Origin: Pelagomonas calceolata
Lineage: Eukaryota
NCBI GenBank assembly: GCA_918797485.1
Contig: CAKKNE010000003.1
Span: 2,728,001-2,792,000 of the forward strand
Direction: 5' to 3'
Length of the DNA stretch: 64,000 nucleotides
The notes beneath the pieces are model-generated. The model was not told where the DNA came from, did no database searches, and saw nothing but the letters and a program-made list of their open reading frames with translations. Below, one piece after another: positions 29,057 to 37,867 of the stretch (its first letter is position 1; each line of letters opens with the position of its first letter). The position numbers and the translations under genes are program-made.

Positions 29057-30352
29057 CTAGTGCGCCGCCGCGCCCTCGACCATGTCGGGGCCGTACTCGT
29101 AGGCCGTCGGGTACTTGCGCATCGACGTCTTGCCGACCATGATGTCGACCAGATCCATCGTGCGCTTGAGGACGGGCTCCTTGACGTACGGGACACCATG
29201 CTCAGCACATAAAGCCTGGATGAGCGGCTGGGCCTTCTGGTAGGATCTCATACTGAGATCGGGCCAGAGGTGGTGTTCCACTTGATAGTTGAGGAAGCCG
29301 TGGAGGAAGTCCGTGATGTCGTCGCCGCAGGCGAAGTTCGCGCTCGAGATGACCTGGCGCAGGTAGAAGGTGGACGACCGCGGCTTGCAGTGCTTCTCGA
29401 AGCGGTACAGATCAAAACCCGCGTGGTTCGTCGCGATGACGATGAAGCTGTGGAGGTTCGTGCAGAGCTCCGCGAGCGCGAGCGTGATCAAGCTTCTGAA
29501 GTACGCCGGCCATCCAATCATCAAGAAAGGTAGAGGGGCTAGCACAAATCTTTGGACGAAGTACGGGCCCAAGCATCTAACTAAAAACTCGGTGCCCGAG
29601 AAGTGCGTGTGGTCGCCCATGCCGATCAACCAGCCGAAGTCAAAAGTCTGGGGCGCCGTCACGGAGCCCGGTTGCGGGATGCCCTTGCGGCGGCGCTCGT
29701 TCGCCTTGAGCTGCTTGAACGTGTTCGGCGCGTAGTACCACCACTTCCAGGTGAAGGCCATGAAGACGCAGGCGGCGTACTTGACGGCCATGGGCGCGTC
29801 CAAGGTCCGCAGGTACTCCATGTTGTGTTCGACGAGGTCCGGATCGCTCACCTCGCCGAGGTGGTAGTGGTGGAGCTGGTTGTGCTCGACGTTCCAGGCC
29901 TCGACCATCATCCAGTCCAGCCAGTCGCAGCAGCGTCTGAACAAAGAACCGACGCCGAACGTGAAGCGGTTGTAGCGCTTCGACTTGTCACATTTATCAA
30001 AACCGCCATGACACACATGGTGGCCGATGATCGTCCACCTCGACAAGGTGCCCATGCTGAGGAAGAAGATGGAGACGGGGTTCACGCAGTACCACATCGT
30101 CGCGAAGCCGATCCACTGGCATAATCTAGACATCCAGACGATTTTTGATAAGTGTCTTAAATCCTCCTTGCCCTGGTTGTTGCTGAGGGTCTTGCCGATC
30201 TGGTGGACGTCCTCGCGGAACTTCTCGTGGTCCAAGTGGGCGATCCACGCGTCCTCCGGGGCTAATAACGTAGCTCCATAGGCCTTGCCGCTCAGTAAAT
30301 CCTTGTTCTCCTCAGAGATGATGAAGGGCTTGCGCTGGCCGCCCTTGCCCAT
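29057..30352 (-). CDS. Membrane fatty-acid desaturase without a cytochrome b5 domain
   Basis: His boxes HHVCH, HNQLHH and QVEHH (GFLNYQVEHHLWP); no HPGG motif. Confidence 0.92.
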   Translation of the reverse strand: MGKGGQRKPFIISEENKDLLSGKAYGATLLAPEDAWIAHLDHEKFREDVHQIGKTLSNNQGKEDLRHLSKIVWMSRLCQWIGFATMWYCVNPVSIFFLSMGTLSRWTIIGHHVCHGGFDKCDKSKRYNRFTFGVGSLFRRCCDWLDWMMVEAWNVEHNQLHHYHLGEVSDPDLVEHNMEYLRTLDAPMAVKYAACVFMAFTWKWWYYAPNTFKQLKANERRRKGIPQPGSVTAPQTFDFGWLIGMGDHTHFSGTEFLVRCLGPYFVQRFVLAPLPFLMIGWPAYFRSLITLALAELCTNLHSFIVIATNHAGFDLYRFEKHCKPRSSTFYLRQVISSANFACGDDITDFLHGFLNYQVEHHLWPDLSMRSYQKAQPLIQALCAEHGVPYVKEPVLKRTMDLVDIMVGKTSMRKYPTAYEYGPDMVEGAAAH

Positions 30353-30912
30353 GGTTGCGGTCTTTCTGCTGCCTCTGACTGATTTGGATGCTCACCAGCT
30401 ATACACGCCACGAAGCTGTGCGCGCGAAGTGAGATCTTTTGCGGTGAGTGCGATGGAAGCCCTGGGACTGCTGAAGTCGCAGATGCGTGCAACGGAGCTG
30501 TCTAGGGGCGATTTAGGCGAAAAATAGCTGGCCTTTGCTGACACGCAGCTTTTGGACAGGACAATTTTTTGTCTTCGGATTCGCGAGGATCCATGTCAAT
30601 CGCCCCGTTGAGACGTCCCAGGGAGCTTTGATGCAGCGCGGGGCGGATTTTCCATCTTGGCGTCTCGATCTGCTTGGTTTAGCCTAGCTGGGCTCAGGAG
30701 ACGGAGGGGCAGCCTAAAAGAACCCCGACGTGCCCCAGGCAGCGCCTGTAGCTGACCCCCGCCGGGGCGGCCCCGCTCTCGGGGAGAGGGCCCCGCGCGG
30801 GTCGGCGTCGACGCGACCGCCCGACAATGAACCTCCAGCCCCCCCGATGGCGCAATTTCGCACGCACCGTGAGAAAACATTAATAACAAACACACACCAA
30901 GTTACACAAGAA

Positions 30913-32403
30913 TCACTCGGGATCCGCCTCCCCGAACACCACCGCCACGACCGCGTAGTCGTGCTGGTGCGTCCTCCTCCGATACACCGGCGCCGAAGCA
31001 CTACCAACCACCGCCCCGACCGGCCCCAGTTCCCCGTTCGCGAAGAAGCCGCCGACCGCCGCCTGCCCGCCGAGCGCCGCGCCGATCGTCCGCGTATCAG
31101 AACCAGATTCCCCGAACAATAATCGGCCGCGCCCGACGCAGGGGATCACGAGGCACGCGTCGACGGACCCCGCTTGACCAGTATAAGCCCGCTCGAGGGC
31201 GTAGCGCCGCAGCTGCAGATCCAGATCATTTTTCGCGGCCGTCGCGTCGCGGACGTGGAATCTAACTTCATCGCCCGCCCTTACCTCGGCATCTACCGCT
31301 AAACCGGCGTCCGAGACCCTACGGGCCGTATACTGGATGCCGGACATGCGGTTCGACCAGCTCATCTGCTCGCGCACGGACGGGACCTGGCCGATGATCT
31401 GGCGCACGAGCCAGTCTGCGGCCTCCTCGTCGCCGTCTTTGGAATAGGAGCCGCCACCCGACAACCGCGACGCCGCGGCCGGCCTTAAACCAACAAGCGC
31501 GCCCCGCTTCAGCAGCTCGCGCTCGCGGTCCGTGGCGCCGCGCATCACCTTATCCAGAGTTACGGCCGGCGGCCTCCCGTCAATTTCGGCGACGACCTGG
31601 CTCCGCGCTGCGCGCGTCACCTCATACACATCGCCCACGGGCGCGCAGCCCTGCGACGCGACGCAGTCGACGCGGAGCCGGGGCCCGCTCAGCGCCAGGA
31701 CGCACGTCGCGCCCGCCGGTAAAAGAGCTCCGCCAAGCGCCATCGTCGCGCCGCTTCCGCAGGTGAGGCCGCCTCCCACCACACAGTCGGGAAAGTGCGC
31801 GTCGAGCGCGCCGCAGCTCCGCCCCAGCCACCGCGCGGACGGGTCCGCGAAGACGAGACAGGCCCGCGGCGCGTCGCCGAGCAGGGCCTGCCAGCGCTCC
31901 GCCTTGTTTTTAGGAGGCGGCGTCTTGTCCGGCGCGAAACTGGCCGCCTCAATGGAGCTCCCCTTCGGCAGCACGCCGACGAGGACTGATAGATGTGAAG
32001 CCGCTTCGCTATTGTCCGTTTGCCGTTGTTCGTTCGTGGCGCCGTCCTCGCGCTCGTCGCCCGCGCCGCCGACGACGCCGCCGCCGATCAATGCGACGCT
32101 CGTCGCCCGGTCGCCCACTTCTTCGTCGAAGGCCTCGCCGATACTACCGATGTACGGAGCGTGGCCGCGCGACGCGAAGCAGAGCGCGAGCACGGCGTCG
32201 TCGTCGTCCGCTTCGCCCAGCACCGCGGCCACGCCGGCGCACGCCTCGCGGAGGGCGCTGCGCCAGTCGCGGTCGCTCGACGCGCCGCTCCACCAGTTCC
32301 GGATGGCGTGCGTTTGGGTCGCGCGTCGCCGTCGTGGCTGTCGCGTCGGCGGCGACGGCACGAAGGCGTGTGCGGCGCACACCAGGAGGAGCAGGCTTGT
32401 CAT
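30913..32403 (-). CDS. Plastid-targeted FIST-domain protein
   Basis: AHAFVP cleavage motif; VFADP, VGGG, SQGCAPVG, WLVRQIIG, VRFHVRD, CVGRG, GFFANGELGPVG. Confidence 0.85.
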   Translation of the reverse strand: MTSLLLLVCAAHAFVPSPPTRQPRRRRATQTHAIRNWWSGASSDRDWRSALREACAGVAAVLGEADDDDAVLALCFASRGHAPYIGSIGEAFDEEVGDRATSVALIGGGVVGGAGDEREDGATNEQRQTDNSEAASHLSVLVGVLPKGSSIEAASFAPDKTPPPKNKAERWQALLGDAPRACLVFADPSARWLGRSCGALDAHFPDCVVGGGLTCGSGATMALGGALLPAGATCVLALSGPRLRVDCVASQGCAPVGDVYEVTRAARSQVVAEIDGRPPAVTLDKVMRGATDRERELLKRGALVGLRPAAASRLSGGGSYSKDGDEEAADWLVRQIIGQVPSVREQMSWSNRMSGIQYTARRVSDAGLAVDAEVRAGDEVRFHVRDATAAKNDLDLQLRRYALERAYTGQAGSVDACLVIPCVGRGRLLFGESGSDTRTIGAALGGQAAVGGFFANGELGPVGAVVGSASAPVYRRRTHQHDYAVVAVVFGEADPE

Positions 32404-32860
32404 CCTGATGCCCTTTGGTTTACGCCTACGGCGGCGTGTCTGATGCCGGCACCGCGCGCTGGCACCAATGCTATATACAGCGTTCCAATCTCGTCACTTT
32501 TGCGATCGGTGATGCTTCACCGCGCGTGTTATGGGTCGTGAACAATGACTGCCTCTCTGGAGCTGTGAACCCGTGAGCACACGCGCGGGTCTCGAAACGC
32601 CTGGAAGCGGTCCACGGAGACGCCTCATGGCACGTGGACGGGTGGTGGGACGGGTTCTTGCAAGGTCTGAGAGGCTCTCCCATTTTCAGCCCACGCACAG
32701 CCTCGTAAAAGCGATCGCGCCGTCGACCTCGCGCAAGCGCGGGACAGCGGAAGAAGCGCATCTATCCCGTAGGAACCGCCAGCAAAGAAACAGTTGCAAG
32801 CGACGCCGCAGCAAGCGCCGCAAAACAGCAAAACACAACAACCTCATACAGCCAACAACC

Positions 32861-33793
32861 ATGTCCCTCGAAACATGGATCGGCCTGGCGCGCAACGGCC
32901 TCTGCGTCGTCGCCGACACGCTGCCCGACGAGTACGACCAGTTCGGGTATTTTGAGAACGGCATGTCGACCTTAAACGCGTTGATCGCACCTTTACAATT
33001 TGCGGCGGCCGTCTTCAACGCGAGAGCCGCCCTGAAGCTGCCGGCAGCGTTACAAGCGCGCAAGGACGCGTTGGCGTTGAAAGAAGCCTGCGAGAAAGCT
33101 AGAAGTACCGTAGCGATAGACGCTCATAGTCGTAGAGTCAAGCAAACGACTTATGGGATATGCTACGCTTTTCTCAGTTGCACTTTAGCTCCCGCCTTCT
33201 TAGTGTTATGCATGAACTCGTGCAAAGTAGCCACGGAACGCCAGGTGCAGTGGGCGTTATTAGCGATGCAGATCGGGTTAGCGGTGGCCCTGTGGGCCAT
33301 GCGCGAGGAGTACAAGGACGAACACACGAAGGCAGAGAACTGCGCGGACGTCGCTTCTGGAGAAAGGGACAAGTCGCTGCGGGCCCAGGCCTGCTGCGAC
33401 GCCGGCTTGATCGATAAGAAGTCGCTCGAGGCGTGTGTATTTGACGAGACTGAAATGGGCGCCATTAAAACAAGGTGCGGCGCCTTGCTGAAGCGGGCCG
33501 GGGAATTAGTAGATGAAAGGGACAAGACGAACCGCAAGTTACTCCAGAGAGCGGTTCAAGGGAGGAGAAACGTCACGTTCGCGATGGTCATCTGGGTGCT
33601 CAACTTTATTGCTTTTTGGGGCTACGCCGTCTTCCCGCTGACCTACTTCGGGCCCTTCACGACCATCGAAGAGAAGGCCTGGTACGAGTGGGCCGGCAAT
33701 TTGGCCGGCGACGCGGCGTGGACGGTCGAGCCGGCTCTGGTCATACTGTCGGCCTTCGGTGCGTTCAAGTCCTCGAAGGCCAAATCTGACTAA
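32861..33793 (+). CDS. Hypothetical multi-pass membrane protein
   Basis: ACAACC-ATG at 32861; about 5 hydrophobic segments; ends KAKSD. Confidence 0.65.
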   Translation: MSLETWIGLARNGLCVVADTLPDEYDQFGYFENGMSTLNALIAPLQFAAAVFNARAALKLPAALQARKDALALKEACEKARSTVAIDAHSRRVKQTTYGICYAFLSCTLAPAFLVLCMNSCKVATERQVQWALLAMQIGLAVALWAMREEYKDEHTKAENCADVASGERDKSLRAQACCDAGLIDKKSLEACVFDETEMGAIKTRCGALLKRAGELVDERDKTNRKLLQRAVQGRRNVTFAMVIWVLNFIAFWGYAVFPLTYFGPFTTIEEKAWYEWAGNLAGDAAWTVEPALVILSAFGAFKSSKAKSD

Positions 33794-33820
33794 GTTGCAT
33801 ATATATCCTCTCATCATCTA

Positions 33821-33962
33821 GTCGCGGCGATGGCGTATGGGTGGCGTCTCGTCGCGTCGCGTGTCTCATATTACTCGAGCTCTAGCCGGTGGCCCACTGG
33901 ACCATGCGTGATGTCGCGTCTGTCGATGGCGTCTGGCGCCACCCATACACCATCGGCGCGAC
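33821..33962. mobile_element. MITE-like fold-back element with 28-bp inverted repeats
   Basis: GTCGCGGCGATGGCGTATGGGTGGCGTC (33821-48) vs GGCGCCACCCATACACCATCGGCGCGAC (33935-62), 25/28 complementary; no clear TSD. Confidence 0.5.
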
Positions 33963-34034
33963 CTGGCACACACGCTCGTCGCGTCGCGTCGACGGCGTCC
34001 ACTGGCACCTCTAGTCTATACTCTCATCAAAAAT

Positions 34035-34787
34035 TTACTCGGCGCCCTCGTCGACCAGGTCCTCCTCGACGACGACCTCCGGTTCCTCGTCGGAGGACGC
34101 CGCGTCCACGGGCGGCTTGCCCCCGGGGCCGAACTGGTCCCGCTCCCAGGCCAACACCGACTCCGCCATCGACGGCGGCGGCGCGCTGAGCGGGCAGTTG
34201 TCGTAGTCGAAGCCCTCCTCGAGCGCGAAGGCCTCGACGGGCGTCGTCTCGCCGACTGGTTTAGGCGGTGGCGGCGGCGGCGCGGGCGGTTCCGGCGTCC
34301 GGTTCAGGAAGCCGCGCCGCACCGCAGGCTTCGCCTCCACCACAGTTGATGGAGGCGGCGCCGGCAGCTGCCCGTCGATGGTCTCCTCCACATCGCTTTC
34401 TTCCTCCACAAAATTGTCGCATTGCATCGGAGGCGGGTCCGCCTCGTACAGGGACAATCGCCCGCCCGACGTGCCCGTCTTGAGGTGCTCCGTCCGTTCC
34501 TCGTCTTCGCGCATGGCCTCCCTGTATATGCGCTCGGCGGTCGCGTCCATTTCAGCTTTATCCCGCGCGATCGCCTTCTCGGCCTCGAGGAAGCTCAGCT
34601 TCTCCCCTGCTTCATGGTCGGGCTCGTCGAAGGTCTTGAACGGTGCTGCGGCTTTGGAGAGCGCGGGGAACTCCCGTTCTAAGGATGTGCGGCTCTGCGT
34701 CGTTCCCGTGAGGATCGAATCTAGAGCTGTTTTGGTCTGGGCGTCGAGGCGCTCGAGCTCCTCTATTGTAGGTGGGGCGGCGCGCAT
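34035..34787 (-). CDS. Acidic, Pro-rich hypothetical protein
   Basis: 250-aa ORF with CACC-ATG start, coding-like codon use and a convergent stop. Confidence 0.65.
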   Translation of the reverse strand: MRAAPPTIEELERLDAQTKTALDSILTGTTQSRTSLEREFPALSKAAAPFKTFDEPDHEAGEKLSFLEAEKAIARDKAEMDATAERIYREAMREDEERTEHLKTGTSGGRLSLYEADPPPMQCDNFVEEESDVEETIDGQLPAPPPSTVVEAKPAVRRGFLNRTPEPPAPPPPPPKPVGETTPVEAFALEEGFDYDNCPLSAPPPSMAESVLAWERDQFGPGGKPPVDAASSDEEPEVVVEEDLVDEGAE

Positions 34788-34908
34788 GGTGCCTGCGTGC
34801 GGGAGTGTGACCTACTGCATGTTTTGTCGGAATGATTTGAGCAAATGTGTGTCCCGTCGGATCTCATAATGCTGCATCCACAAGACCGGGTCCTGTCCAC
34901 TTTAAATT

Positions 34909-34962
34909 CCGCAGGGGGCAAAAAGTTTCGCGGCGCGCCGCGGCCCCTTTTGCCCCCTGCGG
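34909..34962. repeat. Perfect 15-bp inverted repeat enclosing a palindrome
   Basis: CCGCAGGGGGCAAAA / TTTTGCCCCCTGCGG around CGCGGCGCGCCGCG. Confidence 0.7.
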
Positions 34963-35415
34963 CAGATAATGGTCCCGGCTGCGCGCCGCGGGTGCTAACG
35001 GGCCCCGCGTTCCGCCGCAGTGCGGGTATTAACGGGTGCTAAGCCCGCTGTCCGCCGCGGCGCGCTGGCGTCAAGAATTGAGTCTTCGTCATCCGGGATT
35101 GCGTTGGTTTATCGACGCGGCGGCGGCGTACAGGTTTGGATGTCTCTTGAGAGCAGGACCTCGTGCCGCGACCAGAGAGCTGCGGGACTGGGCGTTGCTG
35201 CACCGTTCGAGTCCGAGGGTACTTCTGAGTAAAACGGCGAGGTGGCCTTGCCCTGGGCGGCTCTGTGGGCTACAAAATACGCTTTGCCGCCTGGGCTGCA
35301 AGCTAGCGGCTTGTAAGACACTAGGGAGCCTAGGCATCCCTCACGGAAGCCTGAAGCTGACCCACCCGGGTGTCCCTTTGAAGAATAACTCCTTAACGCG
35401 GGCGGAACTAACTCC

Positions 35416-35748
35416 TCACGACCCGTAGTCGAAGTCCACGTCGAGGAAGACCGTGCCTTCGGTGCGATCGATTCGGACGGCATGGTACATCTCGTACCAA
35501 TTCTCCGCCTTGTGGGACTTAGTCCTGAGGACGGCCTCGATGAGGTCGCAGACGCTGAACGTGCCGTCGTGGTACTTCTCGATCTCGGCCTCTTGCACGC
35601 GCGGCGGACCGTCGGACATCTCCGAACGTAAGATGGTGAGGCCCCCGTCGCGGAGCCGCGGGTCCTCGCCGACCAGAATGGGAGTCGGACCATGCTCGTC
35701 GTCGGCAGAAAAATGGTTGGCAAACAAAAAAGTGCCCCGGTTATCCAT
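35416..35748 (-). CDS. Small acidic hypothetical protein (start uncertain)
   Basis: Coding-like minus frame ending VFLDVDFDYGS; first ATG at 35748. Confidence 0.45.
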   Translation of the reverse strand: MDNRGTFLFANHFSADDEHGPTPILVGEDPRLRDGGLTILRSEMSDGPPRVQEAEIEKYHDGTFSVCDLIEAVLRTKSHKAENWYEMYHAVRIDRTEGTVFLDVDFDYGS

Positions 35749-35950
35749 GTTCGGATGCTCAGAGGAAATTTGAATAAGCAGTTTCAGACCACCTCGCTCT
35801 GCCACGAGCGCCCGGCGGCGGCCTCAGTTAACTCAGTCCCACTGTTTAACGTTCTCCCGTCCCTCAAGAGAGGCCGGTGTGAGCGAGACGCGGCGCGCCG
35901 GCGCGGGCTTTGCTGCCAAAAACCCGTGCCAAAACTACAAATCTAGCAAC

Positions 35951-37549
35951 TTACGACTGCGACGCCATCACGTTCTGCACGAAGACCGCCACGTCGCCGA
36001 GCTGGTCGCGCGGGATGCCGTTGTCGTCGCAGAACTGGATCGCCACCATATTTGGGTCGTCGCCGCGGTTCCAGTTGATCTGCAGGCCCGGCCGTCCCGC
36101 CAGTTCCACGGGGAAGGAGAAGTCGTAGTTCGGATTTGGTGGGGGAGGCGGTGTTCCACCCATACTCACTTCACCGCCGGCCGCGCCCTGGTTAGATGCT
36201 CTCGCCGCAGCTCCCTCCAAAACTCCCTCGGGAACTAACAGAGCGGCCTTCGTCGCCGCCTCGTGGCACGACGCTTCTATTGAGGTCGCCACAGGGCCCT
36301 CGAGCGCTTGTGTCGGATCGCTGGTCCACAATACAGCACCGAAATGGTCGTCCAACCCGCAGAACAAATGAGGACCATAAACAGCTAACGACCAGACGGC
36401 CGCGGGCTGGGGAACCCTCAGAGCTACCTGTAACGAGGGCGCGTGGAACTTCGTGACGATCCCGTCCTCACCGCCGGCGTAGATAGCATCATCACTACCA
36501 CAGACGGCGTAGAGGTAGCCTTCTGCTCCTGTTTTTGCGCCTCTTATGAGTGAACCACTTTCAGCATCGAACAACCGCACTAGACCATCATTGGAAGCGG
36601 TACCGACACACCCGGCAGCGGAGCAGCATCCGCGCATGGGCGCGCCCTTCGCGTCATCCGACGTCCACAACGTACTGGGAGGCGGTTGTAAGGGGTCGAA
36701 ACAAGCTAATGTACCATCACCAATCGACACCGCACATTTCGCGCCGCCCTGTAGAATGCAAATACCCGTAATGGACTGGGGGAAGGGCCCGTACCTCGTC
36801 CCCGGCGCGTCATTGGTAACGTTCCACTTGATGACTGTCCTATCCCAGCTGCCTGTCAACACCAAATCTCCTTCGCAGGCCACGCAAGACACGTTCTGGG
36901 CGTTCGTCGGCCTCGCCTGGCCATCGATGGGCTCGCCGTGGCCGACGTAGCAGTTCGCCGCCGACGCATCTCTCAAAAAAGCTAGGAGTCGTCCATCTCG
37001 ACCACCTGACAGCACGCGACCTCCGTTCTCCATCAACGCGACAGCCAACACGCCCCCATCGGCCATGGCCGGCTTCTCGTGGCCCCGTAACTCATGTACG
37101 AGTTGGCCCTTGCCGTCCCACAAGCGCACGACATTATCTAGGGCACCAGTTGCTAAAAAACCTTGCGCGTCGACAGCAACACCTCTCACACAAGCAGAAT
37201 GCGCCAACAACGCCTTCACTTTAAACGTACCGTCGCTCTTCTCCAGCGCGTCGGCTACCGTTTTAGCTTTGACTGCGCAGTCCTCACCTAACGCCTCGAG
37301 GAACTCGCCCTTGTTATAGAACCCGCCACACGCCATCAATTGCTGCGCGCCTCTCACGTTGATGATTTTTGATTGCACCACTTTGTTTGCGACCCTTAAC
37401 TTCCGGAACTTCTCATTACTCGGCTCTCGCTCCAGATTCCGCAGAGCTTTGACCATGAGCTTGCGAGACGCGGTCTGCGTCGCGGCGTCGTTGACCGCGA
37501 AGAGCTTGAGAGCCGCGTCTACCGGCGCGAGGATGTCGCGCTCCTCCAT
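35951..37549 (-). CDS. PUB + WD40 + PFU domain protein (PLAA/Doa1-related)
   Basis: PUB: LRNL.REPSNEKFRKLRVANK...GF. WD40: TGALDNVVRLWD, TGSWDRT..KW. PFU: YDFSFPVEL...INWNRGDDPNMVA.QF. Confidence 0.8.
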   Translation of the reverse strand: MEERDILAPVDAALKLFAVNDAATQTASRKLMVKALRNLEREPSNEKFRKLRVANKVVQSKIINVRGAQQLMACGGFYNKGEFLEALGEDCAVKAKTVADALEKSDGTFKVKALLAHSACVRGVAVDAQGFLATGALDNVVRLWDGKGQLVHELRGHEKPAMADGGVLAVALMENGGRVLSGGRDGRLLAFLRDASAANCYVGHGEPIDGQARPTNAQNVSCVACEGDLVLTGSWDRTVIKWNVTNDAPGTRYGPFPQSITGICILQGGAKCAVSIGDGTLACFDPLQPPPSTLWTSDDAKGAPMRGCCSAAGCVGTASNDGLVRLFDAESGSLIRGAKTGAEGYLYAVCGSDDAIYAGGEDGIVTKFHAPSLQVALRVPQPAAVWSLAVYGPHLFCGLDDHFGAVLWTSDPTQALEGPVATSIEASCHEAATKAALLVPEGVLEGAAARASNQGAAGGEVSMGGTPPPPPNPNYDFSFPVELAGRPGLQINWNRGDDPNMVAIQFCDDNGIPRDQLGDVAVFVQNVMASQS

Positions 37550-37867
37550 GGTTGTCTTCGAGCTGTTTGACGACTGGGCGCTCGCGCGCGGCACCGAGTC
37601 AGCGGCGCGGCTGGCGGCGGCGGGTCAGGCGCGGTAATGGGCCGTCCGCGGCAGTCTGGCGCTCGCGGTACGCTACCGGCGAGCTGTCGAGCGACCGCTG
37701 TGGGTCGCGCGCTGTGCAACGGTGCAGTGCAGCTCGCACGCGCTTCGATTTTCGCTCGGACTCGGCCCAGCTTTCTAGTGTCTTTATGCGCTAGGCAAAA
37801 GTTAGCCGGCGCCGCCCACTAGTCCTAACACACACACCGTAACAGTAAAGGGAAACTTAAAAAGAAA

